Positions 17,642 through 27,504 of a stretch of DNA of 64,000 nt are shown piece after piece; position 1 is the first letter of the stretch; the number at the start of each line of letters is the position of its first letter. Source of the DNA: a virus (Duplodnaviria; Caudoviricetes); IMG/VR virus record IMGVR_UViG_3300015360_000002, positions 796 through 64,795 of that record; one strand, given 5' to 3'. Both the position numbers and the translations under genes were made by a program. The notes beneath the pieces are model-generated. The model saw nothing but the letters and a program-made list of their open reading frames with translations. It searched no databases and was not told the origin of the DNA.

Positions 17642-18430
17642 ATGGAAAACACGCCGATCACGCTGGATCGGAACGCGTACTTGCAGCGGTGGGGACATCC
17701 CTCCTCATGGACGGGAGACTGGAGCCGGAAGGGTCGATACCTAAAAGCACACGACCAACCTTCCATTCAGACCCGGCTCATTGCGAATGAGACCACGATT
17801 GTCGGGATGGCCGCGAGGCAGGTACCCAGTCAGACCATAGCTGCGGCAATGGGGGTGTCTCGCGAGTCAATTGACCGTCGGCTCCGCCCGAGGGGTTTCA
17901 AGAACGCCCCTGGACACGTTGGTGCCCCCGGAAAGAAAGAGAACATTGACTTCGCTCAAATGCGAAACGACCTTCTTGAGATGCTCGCAGCTCGAAAAGT
18001 AATGTTCGGAAGTCTTTGCTCAGCAATCGCTCAGGAAGAGGGCAAGACGCTCCAAGAGATCGCGGCCAAAGTTCCCAACACGCCTGCCAGTCAGTTTACC
18101 CGGTGGAAAAACGGGGATTGGACGTCCATCGAGCACACCAAGCTCGTCAAACTGGTTCGGACGGTCACAGACGACCCCCGCCGTCAGACCGACCTCATCA
18201 TTGCCTACTTGGTCGACCTGACTCCGGTGGAGTACCGTCCACAAATCGACATTGGCCAGCGAGGCGAAGTCTTGCATGGCAAGCGCACCTCGGACGAACT
18301 GTCCGGCCCTTGGTCCAAGGACATCCGCAACAAACTCGAACTCATCGGCGCCGCCTACTCCAAGGACGCCGATTACATGAAATTGGTGGACACGCTCGCG
18401 AGCTGGGCTCGTCGGCTGACCAAGGAGTAG
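17642..18430 (+). CDS. Two-HTH DNA-binding protein
   Basis: SQTIAAAMGVSRESIDRRL and an XRE-like TLQEIAAK...SQFTRWKNG. Confidence 0.6.
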   Translation: MENTPITLDRNAYLQRWGHPSSWTGDWSRKGRYLKAHDQPSIQTRLIANETTIVGMAARQVPSQTIAAAMGVSRESIDRRLRPRGFKNAPGHVGAPGKKENIDFAQMRNDLLEMLAARKVMFGSLCSAIAQEEGKTLQEIAAKVPNTPASQFTRWKNGDWTSIEHTKLVKLVRTVTDDPRRQTDLIIAYLVDLTPVEYRPQIDIGQRGEVLHGKRTSDELSGPWSKDIRNKLELIGAAYSKDADYMKLVDTLASWARRLTKE

Positions 18431-18463
18431 GAGTAGAGGCTTGTCCCGTCGTGCCTGATGGGC

Positions 18464-18760
18464 TCAGCCGGGATCGTCTTGGTCGATCGAATCACTCGAC
18501 TTAGCCTTGCATTTTTTGCTCATCGCAAATTCTCCAAGGGCACGATCCTCGCCAATTTCACCAAGGAATTGGTGAACGTTTTTCGCCTTCAGTGATTCGC
18601 GGTACATCAGCCAAACGGCGCGACGGATTATCTCTGACCGTGACAGGTTCGTGCGCTTTTTGAGTTCCGCCATGAACAACAGCTCGATCTTGTTGAACTT
18701 GGTCGGTACGGCCGGACCCGATTGATAATTCAGATACAAATCTTCAGGTTTTTTTGTCAT
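18464..18760 (-). CDS. Ribbon-helix-helix regulator (repressor candidate)
   Basis: VPTKF..IEL...ELKKRTNLSRSEIIRRAV, CopG/Arc-like. Confidence 0.75.
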   Translation of the reverse strand: MTKKPEDLYLNYQSGPAVPTKFNKIELLFMAELKKRTNLSRSEIIRRAVWLMYRESLKAKNVHQFLGEIGEDRALGEFAMSKKCKAKSSDSIDQDDPG

Positions 18761-18911
18761 CTAATTTGATGGCGTAAGTAATGCGACTTCGACCGAAAAG
18801 GTCAAACTTACGAGATCCGATTATACGCCGTAGAAAAATTCCTAATGAAAATTTATTGACGCGAGATTCTACGGATTTATACCCGGGATAAACATGGGGT
18901 GAACACCTACC
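18761..18911. promoter_or_regulatory. Divergent promoter/operator region
   Basis: AT-rich. TTGACG (+) and TTGACC (-) -35-like hexamers. Inverted pairs CGTAAGT/ACTTACG and CCGTAGA/TCTACGG. Confidence 0.6.
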
Positions 18912-19148
18912 ATGAGCATATCGAAAACAACAATGGCGACCCAGACCCTTAGCAATCCATACCCCGTAAAACTCGACTGGGCCACCAAGGAAGTGATCGA
19001 AGCGCTAAAGAAAAGGACGAAGCTCTCGGCTTCGGAAATCCTCCGCCGTGCAGTCCGATTCTCTGCCCCGAAATTCCTTTCCGGAGAAGTCTCCATTTTG
19101 GATTTTACGGACGAAATGCCTTCAATGAAGGGGAGCAAGAGGAAGTGA
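18912..19148 (+). CDS. Ribbon-helix-helix regulator (Cro-position paralogue)
   Basis: YPVKLD.....ALKKRTKLSASEILRRAV. First gene of the early operon. Confidence 0.75.
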   Translation: MSISKTTMATQTLSNPYPVKLDWATKEVIEALKKRTKLSASEILRRAVRFSAPKFLSGEVSILDFTDEMPSMKGSKRK

Positions 19149-19336
19149 ATAATTCACCTCCCAACGAACGCGAGAAAGCGTTCGATGGCATGTGGGAGAT
19201 GCTCTTATCGCTCCTCCGGTGCGCCTCAAATGGCGAAGAAAAATATGCCACACGAGAGGTGGCAAAATTGCTCATACCTCGACTAAAAATCCAACGCCCG
19301 CGGCTCCGAAAAAACGTCCTAAACGCCAAAAAATAA
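19145..19336 (+). CDS. Hypothetical protein
   Basis: GTGA overlap with the upstream gene. Confidence 0.4.
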   Translation: MNNSPPNEREKAFDGMWEMLLSLLRCASNGEEKYATREVAKLLIPRLKIQRPRLRKNVLNAKK

Positions 19337-19353
19337 ACCCAAAACTCCTCCCT

Positions 19354-20685
19354 ATGTCTCGCATCATCCGGTTAGAGTCTTCCAATGTAAAAAGGCTCAA
19401 GGCGGTCGCAATCGACCCTGAGCCAATCATCAACCGCATCGGCGGCGAAAACGGAGCTGGCAAGAGCTCGCTCCTCGACTCCATCGCAATGGCCCTCAGT
19501 GGAGGCGAGCTCACCGACGCCCCTCTTCGCCAAGGGGAAAAGAAGGGGTCGATTCGCGTCACGCTGGACGATGGCATCACGATCAAAAGGACGTTCAGTG
19601 CGGCCGGTGGAACAACGCTTTCGATCTCGAATGCGGAAGGGCTGAAGTACCCATCGCCACAAGCGATGCTCGACAAGCTCACGGGCAAACTCTGTTTCGA
19701 CCCTTTCGCGTTCACACGTCTCGGCGCGAAAGATCAGGCAGCCGCGTTGAAGCGGCTTGTCGACCTCGATTTTTCTGCGATGGACGCGGCCCGCGCGGCC
19801 ACGTACAACGAGCGCACGCTCTTCAATCGGGAAAACGATCGTGCGCTCATGGAGCTTGAGAAGCTACCGTTTTTCCCATTTTCGCCCGATTCCCCTGTAT
19901 CGACGATGGGCCTCATGGGTCAACTTCAGGCGATCCAGACGCACAACAGCCAGGTGTTCACGCTCGGCTCCAAGTGCAGTGACGCACAAGAGTCTTACGA
20001 CGACGGCGCGAAGGGCGTGGTTACGTTTCAGGAGGAGATTGCGAAGTTGGAAGCGACGCTCGTGAAGAAGCGCGCGGCTCTGGTGGATCAGCAGGCGACT
20101 ACTGCGACGCACAAAACAACGCTGGACGCCGCCAAGCTCGCGCTCGACTCATTCGTCAAACAGGACGATGGCCCGGTAAAAACGGCTCTGGCTGGAGCCA
20201 GCGAGACCAACCAGAAGGTTCAGGCCAATCAGGTCCGCGACGCTGCTCAGAAGCTCATTGCGACCCGCGAGTCGCGAGTCGCGCAGCTCACTCAGACCAT
20301 TCAGTCGATCGACGACCAGAAGGCGGTTCAACTCGCCGCTGTGAAGTTTCCAATCGAAGGGCTTTCGTTCACAGACGGCGGAGTGACATACAAAGGTTTG
20401 CCGTTCAGCGAGGCGAGCACAGCGGAGAAAATCCGGATCTCGGTGGCGATGGGCGCCGCGCTCAACCCGAAGCTACGGGTGATGATAGTCCGAGATGGTT
20501 CGCTGCTCGACAAAAAGAGCATGGCATTGCTGGCCGACCTCGCCTTCCAACATCAGCTCCAAGTCTTCATCGAGGTCGCTGGCGACGGCGCCGGCTGCGA
20601 AATCGTAATAGAAGACGGTGAAGTCAAGGGCGTCGCGTCAGATTCCTCAGAAACCCCAGCCTTCGATGCCGAAGACAATGGATGA
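19354..20685 (+). CDS. SMC/Rad50-like ATPase
   Basis: NVKRLK, Walker A GENGAGKSS, coiled coil, ASTAEK signature, IVRDGSLLD Walker B/D-loop. Confidence 0.85.
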   Translation: MSRIIRLESSNVKRLKAVAIDPEPIINRIGGENGAGKSSLLDSIAMALSGGELTDAPLRQGEKKGSIRVTLDDGITIKRTFSAAGGTTLSISNAEGLKYPSPQAMLDKLTGKLCFDPFAFTRLGAKDQAAALKRLVDLDFSAMDAARAATYNERTLFNRENDRALMELEKLPFFPFSPDSPVSTMGLMGQLQAIQTHNSQVFTLGSKCSDAQESYDDGAKGVVTFQEEIAKLEATLVKKRAALVDQQATTATHKTTLDAAKLALDSFVKQDDGPVKTALAGASETNQKVQANQVRDAAQKLIATRESRVAQLTQTIQSIDDQKAVQLAAVKFPIEGLSFTDGGVTYKGLPFSEASTAEKIRISVAMGAALNPKLRVMIVRDGSLLDKKSMALLADLAFQHQLQVFIEVAGDGAGCEIVIEDGEVKGVASDSSETPAFDAEDNG

Positions 20686-21043
20686 GCGCAGAGAGCGCGC
20701 GATGACCGCCCTGAGTGAGGCTCACGCCTACCTCGCAGGCATGGGCGGCAATGTTGACGGTGACGCCAAAACACTTGCTGAAAATGTGCGCGGCGACATC
20801 GAGAAGGCCAAGGCGGCGCCAACCGCTTTGGTCCTCGCCCTCCTGGCGGATGAGCCATGTCCGGCCCAATTATTTGGACCGTGGGCCAGTGTGCAGCGCA
20901 TTCGGTCATGGCGCGACGCCGGCAAGTTAGCGGCAGTCATCAAGCACGGACGGACCTGCGTTCGTCCGAGTGATTTTTTCAGGTTTTTCAACACTTTACC
21001 CGATGAGAGTCGGGCGAAGGTCGGGCACAATGCCGGTTCGTGA
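20678..21043 (+). CDS. Excisionase-like HTH protein
   Basis: SVQRIRSWRDAGKL.A...GR..V...D pattern (MerR/HTH_17-like). Confidence 0.55.
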   Translation: MDERRERAMTALSEAHAYLAGMGGNVDGDAKTLAENVRGDIEKAKAAPTALVLALLADEPCPAQLFGPWASVQRIRSWRDAGKLAAVIKHGRTCVRPSDFFRFFNTLPDESRAKVGHNAGS

Positions 21044-21158
21044 AGGCTTATCTCGTTTTCGGGATGCTCTGTTTTGGACGCCCATCGAACTTTACTCGCA
21101 GACGCGAGTGACGGCCCTTTTTTTTCCTAGACACTAACACATATAGATTAGAAACATT

Positions 21159-22088
21159 ATGAGTAATTCTTCCACCACGCTTGCTCTCTCAGCAGGCTCA
21201 TGGCTTGCAAAGCTCGAAAGCAAACTCACCGAGCTCGACCAATTTGCCGAAAAGAACAACCTCGCTGTTCTGACCGACGGCAAGGGCGGATTCACCGCTG
21301 CGGTCGCGATGGCTGAGGCGATTGGCCAGCTCAAGGCCATGCTCACCCCGGAAATCATGCAGCCCATCATGGCACTGCAAGGCACAACCCTCGGATTCAA
21401 GACAGACAAGGACAAAGAGGGTGGATACCCCGTGGACGTGGTCCGCGACGTCATGATTACTGCCACCCTGCGGGGCTTCAAGATGGTCCTGAATCACACC
21501 AACATCATCGGAGGTAACTTCTATGCCGCCAAAGATGGATTGGAGGATTGGATTCTGCGTTCCTCCAAGAGAGGGGAGCTCACAGACTTTCGCGACGCGT
21601 ACAGCGTTCCCAAGTACATCAGCGATCAGGAGGCGCACGTGAATGTCTCAGCGTCATGGATTTTCAAAGGGAAACCAGATTCCATTAAGGACGTCCCGCT
21701 CGCCGTCCGGGTGAATAAAGGCCAAGGGGCCGACGCAATACTCGGGAAGGCAAAGCGGAAACTTTTGGCACGAGTGATCTCGCGCGTCACGGGCACCGTG
21801 GTCGCCGAAGGCGATGCTGGAGACGCGATCGACATCGTCGCGACGCCCGTAACGGGCCCCGGGGCACCAGGAGGCACGGAAGCGTCGAAGGCACCAGTCG
21901 GCGCGACCGACGAACAAAAGGAAAGGCTGCATCACCTCCTCGAAGTGCACTGGGAAAAGGCGAATACATTCCTTATCGCCCAGAAACGAATTCCGGATGG
22001 AGCGACATATGTGAGCGTAACGGCGAAGATGGCCCAACAGATTATCGACCGACCCAAGGACTTCCTGAGCGCGATCGGCGCGAACTGA
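21159..22088 (+). CDS. Putative recombination / ssDNA-annealing protein
   Basis: Position in the recombination block and acidic P/G linker with a small C-terminal domain. Family not recognised. Confidence 0.4.
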   Translation: MSNSSTTLALSAGSWLAKLESKLTELDQFAEKNNLAVLTDGKGGFTAAVAMAEAIGQLKAMLTPEIMQPIMALQGTTLGFKTDKDKEGGYPVDVVRDVMITATLRGFKMVLNHTNIIGGNFYAAKDGLEDWILRSSKRGELTDFRDAYSVPKYISDQEAHVNVSASWIFKGKPDSIKDVPLAVRVNKGQGADAILGKAKRKLLARVISRVTGTVVAEGDAGDAIDIVATPVTGPGAPGGTEASKAPVGATDEQKERLHHLLEVHWEKANTFLIAQKRIPDGATYVSVTAKMAQQIIDRPKDFLSAIGAN

Positions 22089-22119
22089 CCCGTAAACCAA
22101 CTCTTCAAGCCACACCATT

Positions 22120-22500
22120 ATGCCACTGCAAGATGATCAAACGCTCGGAGTAGCCGTCTCGACGATCGCGTCGATGAACGCCGGCAAAACGTCCGACGAC
22201 CTCGACGACGCCATGCGCGAAGTTGTCCGGGCCGTCGTCGGATCGAACCAGAAAGGGAAAGTCACGCTTTCACTGACCATCGAGCCATCCGGCTCTGGTG
22301 TTGGCGAAACGCCCCTCTATACGGTGGACGCCGACATCAAAGTCGTCGCGCCGAAGAAGCGTCGTCAAAAACAATCCTTTTTCGCGGACGAGAACTGCAA
22401 TTTGACTCGACGCGAACCGGGCCAGACCGAAATGCGGATGGGGAAAAGCGGATCACTGGCCGCGCTCACCCTGCCAATTGACGGCATCACTGTTAGCTAA
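22120..22500 (+). CDS. YfdP-like conserved prophage protein
   Basis: KGKVTLSLTIEP...FFADE..NLTR motif, usual partner of DUF2303. Confidence 0.65.
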   Translation: MPLQDDQTLGVAVSTIASMNAGKTSDDLDDAMREVVRAVVGSNQKGKVTLSLTIEPSGSGVGETPLYTVDADIKVVAPKKRRQKQSFFADENCNLTRREPGQTEMRMGKSGSLAALTLPIDGITVS

Positions 22501-22527
22501 CCAGAAAATCGTTCAACCATCACAAAA

Positions 22528-23445
22528 ATGACAGATCCAATCAAAACACGCACCGAGGCGGATGCGATCAACGAGATCATTCGCGACTCCCAAAACCGAG
22601 TGGTTCCCGACGATAAAGTCGGCGCCGCCCTGTCCACCGGTATCATCGTATTCCAAGACAAGTCTATCCTGAATCTCGAAACATTACAGCGATCACCCAA
22701 GCGCAAGCGCGCGCGCGTGAAGGTTTATGATGTCGCGAGCTTCATTCACTACGTCAAAGACCACAAGATTGATGGCCAGACGGCGGTTTTTGTTAACACG
22801 TCACCCACCAGCGCCAATTTTTGTGCAATAATCGACTATCACGGCACCGGAGACATGGGACCCGCCTGGGGAGAGCATGTGTGCGAACTGGAACTACGAA
22901 CCACCCATGAGTGGCAAGTCTGGACGGGCTCAAACAACAAGCTCATCGGTCAAGAAGCGTTTTCCGAATTTCTCTTGGATAACCGGCGCGACATCGTGCG
23001 GCCCGATGCGGGCATCCTGTTGGATGTCGCTCGGCTCCTCTGCGCGAAGAAGTCGGTGGACTTCAAGTCCGGCATCAATTTGAAGAACGGGGCCAACCAC
23101 CTAGAATTCGTGGAGACCATCGAAACCCGGGGGATTTCAAACCGGGTTGAGGACGCAATGGACATCCCCGATACGTTCATGATCGGCATCATCCCCTTCT
23201 CGGGCGGCGCCCACGAGATGATCGAGGCTCAACTCCGCTTCCGGATCATTGATCGAAAGCTCTCTTTCGTTTACGTGCTCCTCCAGCCCCACAAAATCGT
23301 GGAGGCGGCGATCGATGCGGCGCGCGCGAAAGTCGAAGCTGAACTCGAATTCGTTTACTACGGCGGAGCGGCTATCACACCACCTCCATCCTTGGGCGTT
23401 TACTACGGCGGACCGGCTATCACACCACCTCCATCCTTGCGCTAA
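22528..23445 (+). CDS. DUF2303 (YfdQ-like) protein
   Basis: SFI.YV, AIIDYH, W.W...N.K..Q..F.EFL.D, IP..F.IGI..F.GG motifs. Confidence 0.8.
   Translation: MTDPIKTRTEADAINEIIRDSQNRVVPDDKVGAALSTGIIVFQDKSILNLETLQRSPKRKRARVKVYDVASFIHYVKDHKIDGQTAVFVNTSPTSANFCAIIDYHGTGDMGPAWGEHVCELELRTTHEWQVWTGSNNKLIGQEAFSEFLLDNRRDIVRPDAGILLDVARLLCAKKSVDFKSGINLKNGANHLEFVETIETRGISNRVEDAMDIPDTFMIGIIPFSGGAHEMIEAQLRFRIIDRKLSFVYVLLQPHKIVEAAIDAARAKVEAELEFVYYGGAAITPPPSLGVYYGGPAITPPPSLR
23352..23441 (+). repeat. 45-bp tandem duplication at the 3' end of the DUF2303 gene
   Basis: CGTTTACTACGGCGGA(G/C)CGGCTATCACACCACCTCCATCCTTG twice. Confidence 0.95.
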
Positions 23446-23449
23446 GCTC

Positions 23450-23638
23450 ATGGTCGCTTTTGTTGTCACGGTTCTGCTCGCGGGCTGGAGCACGTTCCTG
23501 GCGGGCATGTTGTTGATGCATTCCAGGGATGTATCAACATTTCCGCCCGCCCGCAGGCTATCGTTGGTAGCGTGCTGCCTGCTTGTTGTGGTTGCTTTTG
23601 GATTCACCCTACTTGCTGTCAAATTCCTACAAGCGTAG
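23450..23638 (+). CDS. Small two-TM membrane protein
   Basis: Two long hydrophobic segments. Confidence 0.5.
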   Translation: MVAFVVTVLLAGWSTFLAGMLLMHSRDVSTFPPARRLSLVACCLLVVVAFGFTLLAVKFLQA

Positions 23639-23678
23639 GCACCGCACCGCCCCGAGCGCATCGGGGCACAATTTATTT

Positions 23679-24458
23679 ATGAATCACCCCACGTCACTGG
23701 TCTGGCATGACCTTCAATCATGCCTTCGCCGAACGCCCAGACACCTCCTCGAAGCACTGAAGAAAGCAAACGGCACGATATTCGTCGCAGGCGGATTCAT
23801 CCGCTCGTGCATCGCCCACGAGGAGGTCAACGACATCGACTGCTTTGCCCAGTCCAAGGAACTCGCGCGCGCCTTTGCCCTCAACTTGGCCAACGGGGAA
23901 GAGGCTGCATTCCACGAAACGGACAATGCCTTCACGGTCATCGGCGGATCCCGCCGACTGACCATTCAAGTCATCCATCGCTGGACTTTTCAAAACCCCT
24001 ACGAATGTATAAATTCGTTCGACTTCACCATCGCGTGCGCGGCGCTTTGGTGGGTTAATAAAAACAGCACTGAATTTGACTACACCATCGGGGAATGGCA
24101 ATCGAGGGTGGACGAACGCTTTTATGCGGACCTCGCCGCCAAAAGGCTCATTTACCGGAACCCGGTTCGGAATGAGGACGCGGGCGGCAGCATCCTGCGC
24201 GTGCTGAAGTTTTACCAACGCGGCTACCGTATCCCGCTCGACAGCTTGAGCCAAGTTATCGCTCGGCTCGTCATGGGCATCGAGAATCCTTCCAGATTCA
24301 GAGAAGGTGACATGGCGATAATGTTGGCCGGGTTACTCCGCGAGGTCGACCCTGCTATCGACGTCTCGCACGTTGCTTACCTTCCAGCCGAAGAGGTTGT
24401 TAGGCTCTCGAAGGACGAAAAAAAGGGGGGACCTGTGCCAGACTCCTTTGATCCATGA
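23679..24458 (+). CDS. Nucleotidyltransferase (class II / poly(A)-polymerase-head-like)
   Basis: FVAGGFIRS...NDIDCF, FDFT and R.LKF..RGY motifs. Confidence 0.7.
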   Translation: MNHPTSLVWHDLQSCLRRTPRHLLEALKKANGTIFVAGGFIRSCIAHEEVNDIDCFAQSKELARAFALNLANGEEAAFHETDNAFTVIGGSRRLTIQVIHRWTFQNPYECINSFDFTIACAALWWVNKNSTEFDYTIGEWQSRVDERFYADLAAKRLIYRNPVRNEDAGGSILRVLKFYQRGYRIPLDSLSQVIARLVMGIENPSRFREGDMAIMLAGLLREVDPAIDVSHVAYLPAEEVVRLSKDEKKGGPVPDSFDP

Positions 24459-26206
24459 GCAGCGATCTAACCATTCCTCCCACGCTGCCGAATCCGGACG
24501 AGGTCCGTGGACGGATACATGCGGCGTTCCGTGAGCTTGCAACTCAAAGGGCGATGCTGGTCGAAGTCTTCCCGTTGGTCGACGGAGCGATCGACGCGCT
24601 TTCCTACATATCCACCAAGCGCATGAACGACGCAGGGCTTACGCAGGAAGCCCGCGATCTTCAGCGCGCGCGCGTAGTTCTCGGCAAAGTGCTCAACCTG
24701 CTCGACCCTCACCGTTAAAGCCATGTGGAATAAAACCAATCAATCTAAGGGCGTTCAGAGGAGGTATCGACCTGAAGAGCTCAAGGCCATGGCCGACCAA
24801 GCGGCTGCGACTTCCATGCGTCACGCATCGCGAAAAATGAAATGTTCGGTCACCGCCGTTCGGCGCGCGATGGCGCTCCACGGAATCTCTCATCGGCGCC
24901 AAGGCAATTTCACCAACCAGGAAGCGTACAACCTCAAAGGTTGGGAACCATGAACACGCCGAAAACGAATGACGCACGCATTCACGTAAGGTTGTTCAAG
25001 CGTCGACCGATCCCAAAGGGCTACGGCGACGCATTAAACGTCGGCTGGTCGGGCTTCAAATCTGACTGCCAAAAGGCACACAAAGAGTTTTTCGAGCGCC
25101 GCGGCATGGATGTGCCGGCGCCGGAAAACTTCAACTGCTGGACAAACACCAAATGACACTCGAACAGCAGCTCGACGAATGCCACAGCATCTTCGAGCGT
25201 CTCACCGCCGAAAACGCAGCCCTACGTGCGGATTTCGCCAAGCTGGCCGAACTCACGCGAAGAATTCGGGAGTATGGCCGGTGCATCGCGGTCAACACCG
25301 GAGGAACGTTTGAGAACGATCCGATCGACGCCATATTGGACGCAATGTGGCGCAGCGCGGCTCAGGCACAGGACGAACTCGCAGTTCGGATGGATACGAA
25401 ACCGCCCGTGCCGCCAACGCCATGACAATACAGGAACAACTCAACGCCGCCAATCGTGTGATAAAGATACTCGTCGCCGAACTCATCACCCTACGTGAAG
25501 ACAAGACGTTGCTCGACGCACTTGAGAAAAACCGGCTCAGTCTGTACACGCTCTGCGACCAATGGGGGTGCGGGCGCTATCAAACGCAGGGCACCGGAAA
25601 CACCGCACGGGAAGCCATCGCCAAGGTCATGAAGGAAACACCATGCCATAACACTCTCCCGCAAAATCCATGAAAATCTATGGTGCTGCCATCCTCCTCC
25701 GAAACGGAGTCGGGTTTAGGTTTGCCCGTGCGGAAATGCATCGGCACCTGACCGAGCTCGCCACACGCTTTTACTCCGGCGACGTCGCAGCCTGTGATGA
25801 CTTTCTCCAGTTGTATTGTTATGGAGAGGAAGAGCGAAAGCGGAATTCCGCCAGCGGTTCAGCAACCCCTTCAAACCAGAAACACCATGACATCGCCGAT
25901 TAAATTCGGCCATCGACCACTCTCCCGCGCAACGAAACTGTACAGGCGTCAAACAAGACCTGGGAACCTGTACGATTGCGCGGGAACAATTTTATTATCT
26001 AACAAAGCGACGTGAACAGCCGACTACGACAAATACGCGAAGCGTATGGAGTGCCTGTACGAAGGGGTGCCAAAGTTCTGTACCAAGGCAAACCAGCGAC
26101 CATCACCTCAGCGGCTCACGGTCACCGAATACATCTTCGGTTCGCCTCGGAAAAGCGAGCCACCCGCAAAGTTTTCCACCCGACTTGGCAAATTACCTAC
26201 TTATGA
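24455..26206 (+). CDS. Cluster of small hypothetical early genes (24455-24718, 24723-24953 HTH-like, 24950-25156, 25153-25425, 25422-25673, 25670-25903, 26012-26206)
   Basis: Chain of mostly ATGA-coupled short ORFs. The last has a YGVP.RG...HPTW phage motif. Confidence 0.55.
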
Positions 26207-26295
26207 GATTCCACGAACACTATCGCAAAATGAACGCCCCGGCCGGAACTCCCACCGTCGATTTTAATCGGGCCTAAAAAATTGCCAAATCTCGA

Positions 26296-27504
26296 ATGAA
26301 AACCCTCGAAATAGCACCAACAGCCCACCATCGAATCGGTCCATCCAAATTCCCGATGCTTGCAGAGTGCATCGACTTTGATTCAGAGGAAGATATCGAC
26401 GATCTTGATGCTGAAGAAAGCGCAAAGATCGCGGAAGATTGCCCGAATCCGGCGCAACGCGGCGACGCGAAAAGCCGCGGCCTCGCGCAACATGAGTCAC
26501 TGGCCAAGGCGCTCACTGGTCAGCCGAACCCGTTCGACGGACTCTCAGAAAGAGAAGTACAGCAGGTCCAGTGGGTCGCTGAAGATGTCGTCACGCGCGC
26601 GGCCGCGTATGGCTATTCGTCCGACGAGATACGGGTGGAGCAACGTGTCTCGATCATGTGGCCGGATTTTCGCGAAGCCACCTTCGGCACGCTCGATATA
26701 GAATACGGTCCCTTCATCGAGGATGCGAAATTCGGGGACATGCGGAATTATTTCCCGCAGCTCGCGGGCTACGCGCTCGGAAAGATGGATCGCGATGAAA
26801 TCGACCGGGTCTTTGCCAGAACAACCTACGGGCGTTGGCGCAAAACTCAACAATACGTGATCGACCGGTCGACCGCGGAGTCAGTAGTATTCTCAATTAT
26901 CCGCAGGAAGATGGCGCCCAATCGCCGTCCGACCCTCTGCCAGTATTGCGGGTGGTGCGCCAAACGCGGCGAATGCAGCGCGATCACCGGCGTTGTCGAC
27001 ACAATCGCCTCAAAGCGCAACGACTGGTCGATGCGTCTGCCAACCGCGCACGCCTCGCACGCGCCGAACGATCCCGTGGTGCTCGGTGCCATGCGCTACC
27101 TCTGGAAAGTCTACATCGAGCCTTGGGGCGCGAGCGTGGAGTTCGCGTCGAACTCACTCGCGGAAGGCGGCACCATCCCGCTGGGATTCAAGCGCCAGAA
27201 CGTAAAAGGACGGGCCGAATTCGAGGAAGGTGACGTCGTTGCCCAGGCGCTCATGAAAGCCGGCGTAGAACCCGCGAGGCTCTTTTCTGCCGCTAAATTC
27301 GGCCTGAAGAAGCTGTCGCTCGCGTACCATGCTCAGTTCGGCGGCACTAAAGTCGGCGCCGAGCGACGCGTAGAGGAGATCCTCACGGAGGCGGGCGTCA
27401 TCAAGCGCGGAGAGGCCGGCTTCAAGCTCGTCCGCACTCCCGACGCCGATGAGGAGATCAAACTCGCCCTCGCGCGCCCAGTTATCGAGGAAACTTCCAA
27501 CTGA
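26296..27504 (+). CDS. PD-(D/E)XK exonuclease, Cas4/DUF2800-like
   Basis: IGPSK....EC, RG...HE, FGTLD, EDAKFG, QL.GYALG, CQYCGWC....EC (Fe-S-type cysteines). Confidence 0.75.
   Translation: MKTLEIAPTAHHRIGPSKFPMLAECIDFDSEEDIDDLDAEESAKIAEDCPNPAQRGDAKSRGLAQHESLAKALTGQPNPFDGLSEREVQQVQWVAEDVVTRAAAYGYSSDEIRVEQRVSIMWPDFREATFGTLDIEYGPFIEDAKFGDMRNYFPQLAGYALGKMDRDEIDRVFARTTYGRWRKTQQYVIDRSTAESVVFSIIRRKMAPNRRPTLCQYCGWCAKRGECSAITGVVDTIASKRNDWSMRLPTAHASHAPNDPVVLGAMRYLWKVYIEPWGASVEFASNSLAEGGTIPLGFKRQNVKGRAEFEEGDVVAQALMKAGVEPARLFSAAKFGLKKLSLAYHAQFGGTKVGAERRVEEILTEAGVIKRGEAGFKLVRTPDADEEIKLALARPVIEETSN

Noticed and set aside
25935-25980. Partial arm-motif matches (AAACTGTACAGG, CCTGTACGATTGCG)
   Set aside because: Half-site similarity only, without the tandem layout. 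Could be chance.
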